From contig JAICYB010000009.1 of assembly GCA_025934435.1 (NCBI GenBank), forward strand, positions 9,724 through 73,723: 64,000 bases of DNA, in the 5' to 3' direction. The notes under the pieces are model-generated. The model made no database searches. It was not told the DNA's origin and saw only the letters and a list, made by a program, of their open reading frames with translations. Origin of the DNA: Actinomycetes bacterium (GTDB lineage: Bacteria; Actinomycetota; JAICYB01). Positions 25,516 through 35,560 of the stretch are shown piece after piece. The stretch's first letter is position 1. The number at the start of each line of letters is the position of its first letter. The translations under genes were made by a program, and so were the position numbers.

Positions 25516-26502
25516 CGATATGTCGAGGTGGGCGGTGCGCGGATGTCGATCATCGGCCTCGGGACGTGGCAGTTCGGCTCCCGCGACTGGGGCTACGGTT
25601 CGGATTACGCGGAGAACACGGCGCGCGATCTGGTCGTGCGCTCGCTCGACCTCGGGATCACGTTGTTCGACACGGCGGAGATCTACGCGTTCGGTCGATC
25701 GGAACGCATCCTCGGTGAAGCGCTCGGCGAACGCCGTGACGAAGCATTCATCGCGACGAAGATCGCGCCGGTGATGCCGCTCGCGCCGATCGTCGAGCAA
25801 CGAGCGAAGGCGAGCCTCAAGCGTCTTCGGACGAACCGCATCGATCTGTACCAGGTACACGCGCCGAACCCCGTCGTGCCGGACGGCCCGACGATGACCG
25901 GCATGCGCCGGTTGCTCGACTCCGGCCTCGTGCGCTTCGCGGGCGTGTCGAACTACCCGCTGCCGCGTTGGATGTCGGCGGAACGTGCGCTCGGCGCGCC
26001 CGTGCTCTCGAACCAAGTGAACTTCAGCCTCGTGGACCGTCGTCCGCTCACCGAGCTCGTTCCGTTCGCGCGCAGTGAAGGGCGGGTCGTCATCGCGTAC
26101 AGCCCGCTGGCGCAAGGACTTCTCGGCGGACGTTACGACAAGGACAACCGTCCGTCGGGCATCGCTCGTCGCATGAACCCGATCTTCCTTCCCGAAGCGC
26201 TGGAACGTGCGCAGCCGCTCATCGACGCGCTCCGAGACATCGCTGCGTCCCATCAATGCAAACCGGCGCAGGTCGCGCTGGCGTGGGTGATCTCACACCC
26301 GAACGTGGTCGCGATCCCCGGGGCTTCGTCCGTCTCACAGCTCGAATCGAACGCGGAGGCGGCTGAGGTGACGCTCGGCGAAAGCGAGATCGCGCAGCTC
26401 ACCGGGGCGGCCGAGCTGTTCGAGGCGCCGAGCCGCCTGACGGCGATGGTTCGTGGCGTGACCGAGGCGGTGCGGGAACGTTACAGTCGTACTGTCTCAT
26501 GA
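25513..26502 (+). CDS. Aldo/keto reductase
   Basis: IGLGTWQFG, FDTAEIY, IATK, IDLYQVH, GVSNY, AYSPLAQG, IPGA; start 25510 or 25513. Confidence 0.92.
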   Translation: MRYVEVGGARMSIIGLGTWQFGSRDWGYGSDYAENTARDLVVRSLDLGITLFDTAEIYAFGRSERILGEALGERRDEAFIATKIAPVMPLAPIVEQRAKASLKRLRTNRIDLYQVHAPNPVVPDGPTMTGMRRLLDSGLVRFAGVSNYPLPRWMSAERALGAPVLSNQVNFSLVDRRPLTELVPFARSEGRVVIAYSPLAQGLLGGRYDKDNRPSGIARRMNPIFLPEALERAQPLIDALRDIAASHQCKPAQVALAWVISHPNVVAIPGASSVSQLESNAEAAEVTLGESEIAQLTGAAELFEAPSRLTAMVRGVTEAVRERYSRTVS

Positions 26503-27659
26503 CGACGCAGACGTTCAACTGGGTTGATCAAGAGTTCCTGCGCGATCCGTATCCGCGCTATCGCGAGCTTCGCGAGCGCGACCCGATCCACTTCAACGAT
26601 GCTCGCGGCAGTTGGATCCTGCTGCGCTACAACGACATGGTCGACGTGCTTCGCAACGACGATCTGTTCTCGGCGGAGCGCGGCCCACAGGTCGAAGGCG
26701 CGCCGAAGTCGATGCTGTCGTCCGACCCGCCCACGCACACCCGGCTCCGCACGCTCGTGAACAAGGCGTTCACCGCTCGGACGGTTCGCAATCTCACGGA
26801 TCGCATCCACGAGATCGTCGACGGCTTGATCGCCGAGATCGCCGACCGCGGCGAGATGGAGGCGATCACCGACTTCGCGTATCCGATCCCGATCACCGTG
26901 ATCGCCGAGATGCTCGGCGTCCCCGCCCGCGATCGTGACTTCTTCCGTGATCATTCTCAGAAGATCGCCGTGGCGCTCGGGCCGATCGAGGACATGGACG
27001 TCGCGATGCAAGCGATGGACGGACGGAACCACCTCGTGGAGTACTTCAACGAGCTGATCCCGAAGCGGCGCGAAGATCCCGACGAAGACCTCATCACCGC
27101 GCTTCTGCAGGCGCAGGAGGCGGGCGATTTCCTCAGTCACGGCGAGTTGATCGTCATGCTGCTGCTGCTCCTCGTCGCCGGACACGAAACGACGGTGAAC
27201 CTGATCGGCAACGGCCTGCTCGCCCTGCTGCGCAACCCTGATCAGCTCGAGCGGCTTCGAACCGAAGAAGCCATCGGACGAAGCGCCATCGAGGAGCTCC
27301 TGCGCTACGACTCGCCGGTCACGATGACCGGCCGACTCGCGAAGCAGGACGTCGAGATCGGCGGGTTCAAGGTCAAGAAGGGGCAGAGCGTGTCGACGAT
27401 CCTCGCCGCCGCGAACCGCGATCCGGAGCAGTTCCCGGATCCGGATCGTCTCGATCTGACGCGCGACCCGTGCAACCACCTCTCCTTCTCGGCTGGGATC
27501 CACTACTGCCTGGGCGCGCAACTCGCGCGCCTCGAAGGTCAGATCGCGCTGTCAACGCTCGTCCGGCGTTTCCCGAACATGAAGCTCGCGAGCGACGACC
27601 TCGTGTGGCGTCCCGCGCCCATCCTGCGCGGCCTCGAAGCACTTCCGGTGACTTTCTGA
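26499..27659 (+). CDS. Cytochrome P450
   Basis: DPPTHTRLR, AGHETT, EELLRYDSP, ANRDP, FSAGIHYCLG heme motif. Confidence 0.95.
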   Translation: MTTQTFNWVDQEFLRDPYPRYRELRERDPIHFNDARGSWILLRYNDMVDVLRNDDLFSAERGPQVEGAPKSMLSSDPPTHTRLRTLVNKAFTARTVRNLTDRIHEIVDGLIAEIADRGEMEAITDFAYPIPITVIAEMLGVPARDRDFFRDHSQKIAVALGPIEDMDVAMQAMDGRNHLVEYFNELIPKRREDPDEDLITALLQAQEAGDFLSHGELIVMLLLLLVAGHETTVNLIGNGLLALLRNPDQLERLRTEEAIGRSAIEELLRYDSPVTMTGRLAKQDVEIGGFKVKKGQSVSTILAAANRDPEQFPDPDRLDLTRDPCNHLSFSAGIHYCLGAQLARLEGQIALSTLVRRFPNMKLASDDLVWRPAPILRGLEALPVTF

Positions 27660-29176
27660 ACCTCGTTTTCGTCCTGCTCGATTCGCTCAATCGCTGGGTC
27701 CTCGATTCGGACGAGTTCGACACACCGAACCTCGACCGCTTCGCGAAACAGTCGGTCGAGTTCACGAATCACTACTCCGGCTCGCTTCCCTGCGTGCCGG
27801 CTCGGCACGACCTCATCTGCGGTGCGTGGGACTTCCTGTGGAAGCCGTGGGGCTCGATCGAGATCTGGGAAGAGCCGCTCACCGAAGCGCTCCGTCGCGA
27901 GAACGTCTGTACGAAACTCGTCAGCGACCATCCGCATCTCTTCGAATCCGGCGGGGAGAACTACCACGTCGGATTCACGGCCTGGCAGTACGAGCGCGGG
28001 CACGAAGGCGATCCGTGGCGGACGCGTCCCGATCCGTCCTGGCTCGGTGCTCCGTCCTACGGACGCGGCTGGTTGCCCTACGACTACTCACGCGGCGCGT
28101 TCCGCACGGAAGAGGACTTCCCCGGTGCGAAGACGATGTCGGCGGCCGCGCGCTGGCTGCGGGACGAAGCACCGGCGAACTCCGGGCGCGTCGATCTTTC
28201 CGGCTGGCCGCTCGGCCGCGAGAAACAGGACCGTTTCCTGCTCTTCATCGACGAGTTCGATCCGCACGAGCCGTTCGACACACCGGAGCCGTACGCGTCG
28301 ATGTACGACGCAGCGTGGGAAGGTCCGCATCTGATCTGGCCCCCGTACACGACAACCGGCGAGCAGATCCTGAAGCCGGACGAAGCGCGGCAGGTGCGCG
28401 CGCAATACGGCGGGAAGCTCACGTTCATCGACCGCTGGCTCGGCCTCGTCCTCGACGAGATCGACGCGCAGTACGCAGACGACACCGCCGTGATCATCAC
28501 GACCGACCACGGTCACTACCTCGGCGAGAAAGACGCGTGGGGCAAGCCTCCGTTCCCCGTGTACGAAACGATGGGGCACATCCCGCTGTTCGTCCGTTGG
28601 CCGGGTGTCGAGCCGAAGACCGTCGATGCATTGACGACGTCCGTCGATCTCGCGGCGACGATCGTCGATGCGTTCGGGGCTTCGTACCGCCACAAGACTC
28701 ACGGCAAGTCCCTGGTGCCGTTGATCACAGGCAGGCAACCGTCCGTGCGCGACTGGGCGCTCTGCGGGGTCTGGGGTCGCGAGGTCCAACTGATCTACGA
28801 CGGCACGAAGTACACGCGCGCACCCGACGGCGACAATCTGCCGCTCAGTCTGTGGTCGAACCGGTGGTCGACGATGCCCGTGTGGCGCTTCCACGACCTG
28901 AAGCTCCCGCCGCCGGACGACCGCGCGACGCTCGACAAGATGCCCGGATCGAAGATCCCGGTGATCCGTCAGCCCTTCCGCGAAGGGGACATGCTTCCGT
29001 ACTGGGCGCTCGGCGCGTTCCACGGCAACCACCTGTACGACGTGTCGTCCGATTCCGAAGAGGTGGACAATCTCGCCGGCACGACGCGCGAGACGAGCGC
29101 GCGCGACCTGCTTGCCGACGCGCTGCGAGAGGTCGAGGCGCCGAGCGAACAGTTCGAGCGGCTCGGTTTAGACTGA
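27656..29176 (+). CDS. Formylglycine-type sulfatase
   Basis: NLVFVLLDSLNR, TPNLD, CVPAR (CxPxR), DPHEP, TTDHG, HIPL. The domain starts at an in-frame CTG (27656) overlapping the P450 stop. Confidence 0.88.
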   Translation: MNLVFVLLDSLNRWVLDSDEFDTPNLDRFAKQSVEFTNHYSGSLPCVPARHDLICGAWDFLWKPWGSIEIWEEPLTEALRRENVCTKLVSDHPHLFESGGENYHVGFTAWQYERGHEGDPWRTRPDPSWLGAPSYGRGWLPYDYSRGAFRTEEDFPGAKTMSAAARWLRDEAPANSGRVDLSGWPLGREKQDRFLLFIDEFDPHEPFDTPEPYASMYDAAWEGPHLIWPPYTTTGEQILKPDEARQVRAQYGGKLTFIDRWLGLVLDEIDAQYADDTAVIITTDHGHYLGEKDAWGKPPFPVYETMGHIPLFVRWPGVEPKTVDALTTSVDLAATIVDAFGASYRHKTHGKSLVPLITGRQPSVRDWALCGVWGREVQLIYDGTKYTRAPDGDNLPLSLWSNRWSTMPVWRFHDLKLPPPDDRATLDKMPGSKIPVIRQPFREGDMLPYWALGAFHGNHLYDVSSDSEEVDNLAGTTRETSARDLLADALREVEAPSEQFERLGLD

Positions 29177-29183
29177 GCGACCC

Positions 29184-29852
29184 ATGAAAGAACTCATCGA
29201 CACCACCTTCTACATGGCGTGCCTCAAGCTCGCCGGACGACGCACGGTCGTCATCGGCGGCGGACCCGTCGGCCTCGAGAAGGTCGAAGGTCTGCTCATC
29301 TGCGACGCGAACGTGACGCTGATCGCGCCGGAAGCCGTGAAGCCGCTGCAGGACCTCGCCGCCGAAGGCTCGATCGAGTGGATCCAGCGCGAGTACGTCG
29401 GACCGAGCGATCTCGAAGGCGCCTTCATCGTCGTCGCGGCAACGAGCAACACCGAACTGAACACGCGCGTGTTCCACGAAGCCGAGACGCGAGCGATGCT
29501 CTGCAACGTGGTGGACGTACCACCGCTCTGCAACTTCATCCTTCCCGCTATCTGGCGTCAGGGACCCCTCGCGATCGCCATCTCGACCGCGGGTGGATCA
29601 CCGGCGCTCGCGAAGCGGATGAAACGTGAGGTCGAAGCGGCGTTCGGGCCGGCGTACGCGAGACTGACCCAGATCCTCAACGATTACCGCGACTGGGCGA
29701 AGAGCACGCTCCCGACATACCAGGACCGCAAGGTCTTCTTCGAGTCGATCGTGAACGGTTCGCCGGATCCGATCGAGCTCCTCCGTGCCGGCGACGAAGC
29801 TGCCGTCCACGAACTGATCCGGACGAAGCAGAAGGAAAGCGTTCCCGCCTAA
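29184..29852 (+). CDS. Precorrin-2 dehydrogenase / sirohydrochlorin ferrochelatase (SirC / CysG N-terminal type)
   Basis: VVIGGGPVGLEK, VVAAT, CNVVDVPPLCNFILPA, IAISTAGGSPALAK. Confidence 0.88.
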   Translation: MKELIDTTFYMACLKLAGRRTVVIGGGPVGLEKVEGLLICDANVTLIAPEAVKPLQDLAAEGSIEWIQREYVGPSDLEGAFIVVAATSNTELNTRVFHEAETRAMLCNVVDVPPLCNFILPAIWRQGPLAIAISTAGGSPALAKRMKREVEAAFGPAYARLTQILNDYRDWAKSTLPTYQDRKVFFESIVNGSPDPIELLRAGDEAAVHELIRTKQKESVPA

Positions 29853-29861
29853 GGGTTCGTT

Positions 29862-29877
29862 TCAGGGTCTTACCTGA
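29862..29877. promoter_or_regulatory. Inverted repeat upstream of the ABC exporter (candidate operator)
   Basis: TCAGG-GTCTTA-CCTGA about 36 nt before the probable GTG start. Confidence 0.3.
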
Positions 29878-29913
29878 TTGCGCGTCGAGCCTTTCGGCGC
29901 GACCATGCGGTCG

Positions 29914-30822
29914 GTGAACGCGATCGAGGTCTCTTCGCTCAGGAAGTCGTTCCGGCGACGGTTCCGCTCCGAGAAGATCGCCGTCGACGGTCTCGACCTC
30001 GAAGTACCGGCGGGCGGCGTCTACGGCTTCCTCGGGCCCAACGGTTCGGGGAAGACGACGACGATCAGATGTTTGCTCGGACTCGTCCGGCCGACCGACG
30101 GCGAGTGCAGCGTCCTCGGCTCGACGCATTTCCCGGAGGTGGTTCGCCGGGTCGGTTCGATCGTCGAGACACCGACGTTCTTCGGTGGCTTCTCCGGACG
30201 CCGCAACCTCGAACTCCTCGCGCAGATCGGGGAGGTGCCGCGCACGCGCGTCGACGGCGTGCTCGAACGTGTCGACCTCGCGGAGGCAGCCGACGACCGC
30301 GTACGGACGTATTCACTCGGCATGAAGCAACGCCTGGGGATGGCGGCCGTCCTGCTCAAGGACCCCGAACTGCTGGTGCTGGACGAACCCGCGAACGGAC
30401 TCGACCCCGCCGGCCTCAAAGAGGTTCGCGACCTGTTGCGCGATCTCGCCGATGAGGGACGAACCGTCTTCATCTCGAGCCACCTTCTGCACGAGGTCCA
30501 GTTGATCTGCGACTCCGTCGCGATCATGTCGCACGGGCGGTGCATCGCACAGGGCCCCGTCGACGAAGTGCTGCAGGTGCGCGGCGGGAACGCCTTCGTC
30601 GTGCGCGCGCCGAAACTCCGGGAGGCGAAGTCGGTGCTGACCAAAGCCGGATACCCGTCGACGTTCCGCGGCGACCAGAGCCTCCGCGTCGTCGCCGACG
30701 TGTCCGCGGCGGGACGGATCACCAAGACGCTCGCGGAGAAATCGATCTATCTGACGGAGCTTCGTCCGGAGGAGATCAGTCTCGAAGCTGTGTTCCTGGA
30801 GCTGACGGGAGACGTGTCATGA
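29914..30822 (+). CDS. ABC transporter ATP-binding protein (BcrA-like exporter)
   Basis: GPNGSGKTT, YSLGMKQR, LVLDEPANGLDP, SSHLL; start 29905 or 29914. Confidence 0.93.
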   Translation: MNAIEVSSLRKSFRRRFRSEKIAVDGLDLEVPAGGVYGFLGPNGSGKTTTIRCLLGLVRPTDGECSVLGSTHFPEVVRRVGSIVETPTFFGGFSGRRNLELLAQIGEVPRTRVDGVLERVDLAEAADDRVRTYSLGMKQRLGMAAVLLKDPELLVLDEPANGLDPAGLKEVRDLLRDLADEGRTVFISSHLLHEVQLICDSVAIMSHGRCIAQGPVDEVLQVRGGNAFVVRAPKLREAKSVLTKAGYPSTFRGDQSLRVVADVSAAGRITKTLAEKSIYLTELRPEEISLEAVFLELTGDVS

Positions 30823-31766
30823 CCGGGCTGCTCCTCGCTGAGGCGCGCCGCTTCCTCTCCCGCCGGTCCTTCCGCGTGATCGGCGTGCTGGCCGTCGTGG
30901 CGGTGATCGGCGCGGGTGTGCTCGTATTCGTCGAGTCGTCGAAGTCGCTCAGCGCGTCGTTGCCGCAGGCGAAGCAGATGGTCACCGAGTGCCATCAGGC
31001 GATCGGGTCGGGACCGACCGCGCGCATCCGGAACGGTGGTTTGACCGTACGCGATGTCGCCTCGTGTCCGACGATCCGTCAAGCCGAGATCTTGTTCGAC
31101 AAGCGGTTCCACTACACGGACACCACGAAGTCGACGACGCAGAACGTCGCGTTCCCGTTGTTCTTCCTCGCCTTCGCGATCGCGGCGTCATTCGTCGGAG
31201 CGGAATGGGCGACGGGGATGATGACGACGACGCTTACGTGGGAGCCGCGGCGGGGCCGCGTCCTGCTCGCGAAAGTCATCCCGGCGCTCCTGATCCTTGG
31301 TGCGGCGGTCATCGTCTTGTTCGCTTTCATGGCCGTCGTGTTCATACCGATCGGCGTCTTCAGAGGGATCACGACGGGGATGACGGCTTCCTTCTGGGGA
31401 CACCTGGCCGGACTGTGGCTTCGCGCTGCGCTGATCGCCATGTTCGGCGCCTCACTCGGGATCGGTCTCGCGACGCTCGCGCGCAATACGGTGGCCGCGC
31501 TCGGGATCGGGTTCGTCTTCGTCGCGATCCTCGATCCGATCTTCTCGCATCTGTGGAGAGGACGGTTCGGTCCGTGGCTCCTGATGCAGAACCTCCAGCG
31601 CGCGATGCGGATGCCGATCGAACACGTCGTCGGACACGCTGCTTTCGGCAACCAAGTAACGATGACCGTCCAGTCGGCGACGCGACCGGCGATCCTGTTG
31701 TCTATCTACGCTGTGGGTCTGCTCGCAGCCGCCTACGCGACGTTCCGAGCGCGCGACGTTACCTAG
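30819..31766 (+). CDS. ABC-2 type exporter permease
   Basis: ATGA overlap; GAEWATGMMTTTLTWEPRRGRVLLAK, several TM helices, ends FRARDVT. Confidence 0.88.
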   Translation: MTGLLLAEARRFLSRRSFRVIGVLAVVAVIGAGVLVFVESSKSLSASLPQAKQMVTECHQAIGSGPTARIRNGGLTVRDVASCPTIRQAEILFDKRFHYTDTTKSTTQNVAFPLFFLAFAIAASFVGAEWATGMMTTTLTWEPRRGRVLLAKVIPALLILGAAVIVLFAFMAVVFIPIGVFRGITTGMTASFWGHLAGLWLRAALIAMFGASLGIGLATLARNTVAALGIGFVFVAILDPIFSHLWRGRFGPWLLMQNLQRAMRMPIEHVVGHAAFGNQVTMTVQSATRPAILLSIYAVGLLAAAYATFRARDVT

Positions 31767-32706
31767 CCGATAGCTCGTTCACTTGCGCCATCTCTTCGTC
31801 GGTCAGTCGCCATGAAGCGGCGTCGGCATTCGAGCGAACCTGCTCCGGCTTCGTCGCTCCGGCGATCACCGACGCGATCACAGGCTTCGACGCCAGCCAC
31901 GACATCGCCAGCTCGAGCAGCGTGTGTCCGTGCTCTTCGGCGTAAGCGCGTAGTTTTCCGACGATCGCGAAGTTGTCGTCCGACAGAACACCCTCGGCCC
32001 GCTCCGGCGCGGCTTTCGCCATCTGCGTGATGCGTGCACCTTCGGGGAGTGCGTCCTTCGACGTGTACTTACCGGTGAGGAGTCCGGACGCGAGCGGGAA
32101 GTACGGCAGGAACGCGAGACCGTCGCGCTCGCAGGCCGGCAGCACGTCGGCTTCGACGCCGCGCTCGAGCAGCGAGTAGTTGCTCTGGTCGCTCGCCCAC
32201 TGCGCGAGACCCTTCTCCTTCGAGATCCCTACGCACTTGTCGATGTGCTTGCCCTGGTAGTTCGAGCAGCCGATCTCACGCACCTTGCCTTCGCGGACGA
32301 GCTCGTCGAGTGCGGCGAGCGTCTCGTCGAACGGCGTGTCGCGGTCGGGGAAGTGGTGCTGGTACAGATCGATGCGGTCGGTCTGCAAACGCCGAAGCGA
32401 ATCCTCGATCGCCTGCTTGATCCAGCGTGGGCTCCCGCCCTGCGACTCTCCGTCGTCCGACATCGGTGAGCCGAACTTCGTTGCGATGACGGCTTCGTCC
32501 CGGCGTCCTTTGAGAGCGGCCCCGAGGAACTCTTCGGACTTGCCTCGCCCCCCGTAGACGTCGGCGGTGTCGAAGAAGTTGATGCCGGCGTCGAAGCAGG
32601 CGTCCACGACGACCTTCGTCTGGTCGGCATCGATGCGCATGCCGAAGTTGTTGCAGCCGAGTCCGACGATCGTTACGTCAAGCGAACCGATCTTGCGCGT
32701 TTCCAT
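31759..32706 (-). CDS. Aldo/keto reductase
   Basis: GLGCNNFG, FDTADVY, IATKFG, IDLYQHH, IGCSN, PYFPLASGLLTGKY. Confidence 0.93.
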   Translation of the reverse strand: METRKIGSLDVTIVGLGCNNFGMRIDADQTKVVVDACFDAGINFFDTADVYGGRGKSEEFLGAALKGRRDEAVIATKFGSPMSDDGESQGGSPRWIKQAIEDSLRRLQTDRIDLYQHHFPDRDTPFDETLAALDELVREGKVREIGCSNYQGKHIDKCVGISKEKGLAQWASDQSNYSLLERGVEADVLPACERDGLAFLPYFPLASGLLTGKYTSKDALPEGARITQMAKAAPERAEGVLSDDNFAIVGKLRAYAEEHGHTLLELAMSWLASKPVIASVIAGATKPEQVRSNADAASWRLTDEEMAQVNELSAR

Positions 32707-32754
32707 CTGGAACCTCCCCGTGTGGCGTAGGGGGTGATGTTAGTTTCCGGTTGG

Positions 32755-34638
32755 ATGACGCCGCGAAACGACGGGGACGAACCGCTCCACGACGTGGCCG
32801 GTGGAGAGCCGCCCGGTGCGTTCGGCGAAGAGATGGGGATGGCGCTCCCGGAGCCGACGGTTGAACATTCACCCGGCTACCTCCGCGTGCTGCTCTCGCT
32901 GCTCCTCGCGGCTACGTTCTTCGAGGGCTACGACGGCGCGATCCTCGCGCTCGTCCTCCCCGCGATCCGCGACACGTTCAACGTCCCGGAATCGCAACTG
33001 GGCGTCTCCCGCGCGCTGATCGAGCTGGGACTCGGCGTCGCGTTCTTCCTCGCGCGCGCCGGCGACCGTTATGGACGGAAGAAGCTCTTGCTCTGGTCGA
33101 TCGTCGGCTACACCGTGACGACCGCCCTGACGGCCTTCTCGGTCGATCTGTGGTCGTTCACGCTCTTCCAGGGACTCTCGCGCGTCTTCCTGGGGGCCGA
33201 GTACGCGGTTGCGGTGACGATGATCGTCGAGGAGTTCCCGAAGGAAAGGCGTGCGCGCGTCCTCGGCATCTTCCTCATGTGTGAGGCGATCGGTGCCGTG
33301 TTCGTCGCGCTGCTGTTGATCGCACATGTCGACCAAGGCCCGCTCAAATGGCGGACGCTGTATCTCATCGGGCTCGTCCCATTGCTGTTCCTCGCCGTGC
33401 TGCGCCGGCGCTTGCGTGAGACGCGCCGATTCGAGGAGCACAAACGATTACGAGGCGAGTCGAAGACCCCGTTCTTCGAGCCCTGGCGGCCGGAGTACCG
33501 GCGGACCCTCGTCCTCGTCGGACTCATCCATCTGTTCCGTTCGCTGCCGCTCTACGCCGCGACGACGTGGTTCTTCTATTTCGCCGAACGCGAAGCTGGG
33601 ATGAAGTCGTCCTTCCTCTACATCATCTTCATCGGCGCGTACGGGTTCGGGACGCTCGGTTACTACTTCGCGGGAACGATGATGGAGAAGTTCGGTCGAA
33701 GACCGACGGCCATCTGGTACGGGCTCGCGGCTGCGGTCAGCGCCTTCGAGCTGTTCCAGGTCCGGGGTGCGCCGTTGATCGGCCTCTTCCTCATCCTCGC
33801 CGTGTTCTTCGGGCTCGGCATGGCCCCCGTCACCGGTGCGATCTCGACGGAGCTCTTCCCGACCTACATACGGAACCAGTCGGCGGCGTGGGCACGGAAC
33901 GTGTTCGAGATCTCGGGCATCATCCTCGGCCCCCTGCTCGTCGGAACGCTCGGCGATCACTACACCGGCGCGCTCGGGTCGATCGGCGACGCGACGAGCG
34001 TGCTCGTGCTCCTCTTCCTTCCCGCGGTGTGGCTTGTGTGGCGGCATCTTCCGGAGACCAGAGGACGCGAGCTCGAAGAGATCGAAGCGGAGCTGGGCGT
34101 CGCTCACGCGCCGGTGACGACGGCGCGCCGAACAGCGGCGCCGGCGATCGTCGTGATCTGCGTCGTGGTGGCGATCGGCGGCCTCGTCTTCGGGATCCAG
34201 TCGCTGAACGGCATCACCCGCCATCCCGAAGGCGCGGCCGAGCGGTTCCTGCAGGGTGTTTCGTCCGGCGACTCGAAGGAGATTCGCCGGTTCGGGACGC
34301 GGTCGCTTTCGACGGCGCTCTTCGGGACGAACCACGGCGAGTTCGACGAGATCGAGGTCGGACGCGCCGATCAGCTCGGCAGTCTCGATCGTGTTCCGTT
34401 CCGTGTGACATGGAAGGACCAGACGAGGACGGGGCTGCTGCTCGTCGCCGACCAAGGCCGCGGGCATCCGAGCGAGATGAAGGTTGAAGCGTTCACGCCG
34501 GGGAACTTCGTCGTTCCGTCCGAGGGCGGAGCGCCACCCGGTCAAGCGCCGCGCGCGGCGTGGCCTATCGCGGTCATCTCCGTCGTCGCGCTGACCGCCG
34601 CAGCCGAGGCGATCCTTTACGCACTCCGCCGTCGCTGA
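32755..34638 (+). CDS. MFS transporter with C-terminal TM-extracytoplasmic-TM extension
   Basis: FFEGYD, GDRYGRK (motif A), EEFPKERRA, EKFGRR, ELFPT, PETRG, then ~180 extra aa with two more TM segments. Start 32755 or 32734. Confidence 0.85.
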   Translation: MTPRNDGDEPLHDVAGGEPPGAFGEEMGMALPEPTVEHSPGYLRVLLSLLLAATFFEGYDGAILALVLPAIRDTFNVPESQLGVSRALIELGLGVAFFLARAGDRYGRKKLLLWSIVGYTVTTALTAFSVDLWSFTLFQGLSRVFLGAEYAVAVTMIVEEFPKERRARVLGIFLMCEAIGAVFVALLLIAHVDQGPLKWRTLYLIGLVPLLFLAVLRRRLRETRRFEEHKRLRGESKTPFFEPWRPEYRRTLVLVGLIHLFRSLPLYAATTWFFYFAEREAGMKSSFLYIIFIGAYGFGTLGYYFAGTMMEKFGRRPTAIWYGLAAAVSAFELFQVRGAPLIGLFLILAVFFGLGMAPVTGAISTELFPTYIRNQSAAWARNVFEISGIILGPLLVGTLGDHYTGALGSIGDATSVLVLLFLPAVWLVWRHLPETRGRELEEIEAELGVAHAPVTTARRTAAPAIVVICVVVAIGGLVFGIQSLNGITRHPEGAAERFLQGVSSGDSKEIRRFGTRSLSTALFGTNHGEFDEIEVGRADQLGSLDRVPFRVTWKDQTRTGLLLVADQGRGHPSEMKVEAFTPGNFVVPSEGGAPPGQAPRAAWPIAVISVVALTAAAEAILYALRRR

Positions 34639-34642
34639 CCCC

Positions 34643-35560
34643 TTGGTCGTCCACCCCTGGATCTGGGTTGTGTTCGTCGTCGGCATCCTCGTGCTCCTCG
34701 GGGTCGACCTCTTCTTCCACGACGACGAGCGGGAAGTGTCGATGCGGCAGGCGCTGCTGTGGTCTGCGTTCTGGGTCAGCCTCGGGCTCGGCTTCACGCT
34801 CGTCGTGTGGGCGTGGCACGGTCCGACCGTTGCCGGCGAGTACATCGCCGGTTACCTGATCGAGTACTCGCTCTCCGTCGACAACATCTTCGTGTTCGTG
34901 ATGCTCCTGTCGTATTTCGTCGTACCGCCGCAACAGCAGCACCGCGTGCTCTTCTGGGGGTTCATCGGCGCCCTCGTCTTCCGTGCCGCGTTCATCGGCC
35001 TCGGTGCCGCGCTGCTGCACGCATTCGGCTTCATGACGTACATCTTCGGAGCGTTCCTGCTTTTCACCGCCGTGCGGATGGCCGTCCAGGGAGAGGTCGA
35101 GGTGCACCCGGAGCGCAGTCTCACGCTCCGCGCCTTCCGGCGAGTGATGCCGATGACGGACGGTTATCGCGGTGGAGCGTTCTTCGCCACCGAAGAAGGA
35201 CGGCGCCGCGCCACGCAACTCCTGGCTGTGCTCGTCGTCATCGAAGCGACGGACATCGTCTTCGCCGTCGATTCGATCCCCGCCATCTTCGCCGTGACGA
35301 AGCACGCCTTCATCGTGTTTTCGTCCAACGCCTTCGCGATCCTTGGTTTGCGCTCCCTCTACTTCGTCGTGTCCGGGATGGTGCGCAGGTTCAAGTACCT
35401 GCAGATCGGCCTCGCGGTCGTGCTCGGTTTCGTCGGCGTGAAGATGCTCATCACGCGCGTGGTCGAGATCCCTATCTGGGCCTCGCTCAGCGTCGTCGTC
35501 GGTGTGCTCGCGATCTCAGTGATCGCGTCGCTCGTGGCGGAACGGACTCAGCGCGGATAG
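34643..35560 (+). CDS. TerC/Alx-family membrane protein
   Basis: GYLIEYSLSVDNIFVF, QHRVLFWG, TDIVFAVDSIPAIFA, SNAFAILGLRSLYF. Confidence 0.93.
   Translation: MVVHPWIWVVFVVGILVLLGVDLFFHDDEREVSMRQALLWSAFWVSLGLGFTLVVWAWHGPTVAGEYIAGYLIEYSLSVDNIFVFVMLLSYFVVPPQQQHRVLFWGFIGALVFRAAFIGLGAALLHAFGFMTYIFGAFLLFTAVRMAVQGEVEVHPERSLTLRAFRRVMPMTDGYRGGAFFATEEGRRRATQLLAVLVVIEATDIVFAVDSIPAIFAVTKHAFIVFSSNAFAILGLRSLYFVVSGMVRRFKYLQIGLAVVLGFVGVKMLITRVVEIPIWASLSVVVGVLAISVIASLVAERTQRG

Noticed and set aside
34620-34660. yybP-ykoY Mn riboswitch before TerC/Alx
   Set aside because: Only 4 nt separate the MFS stop from the TerC start, leaving no room for a leader.
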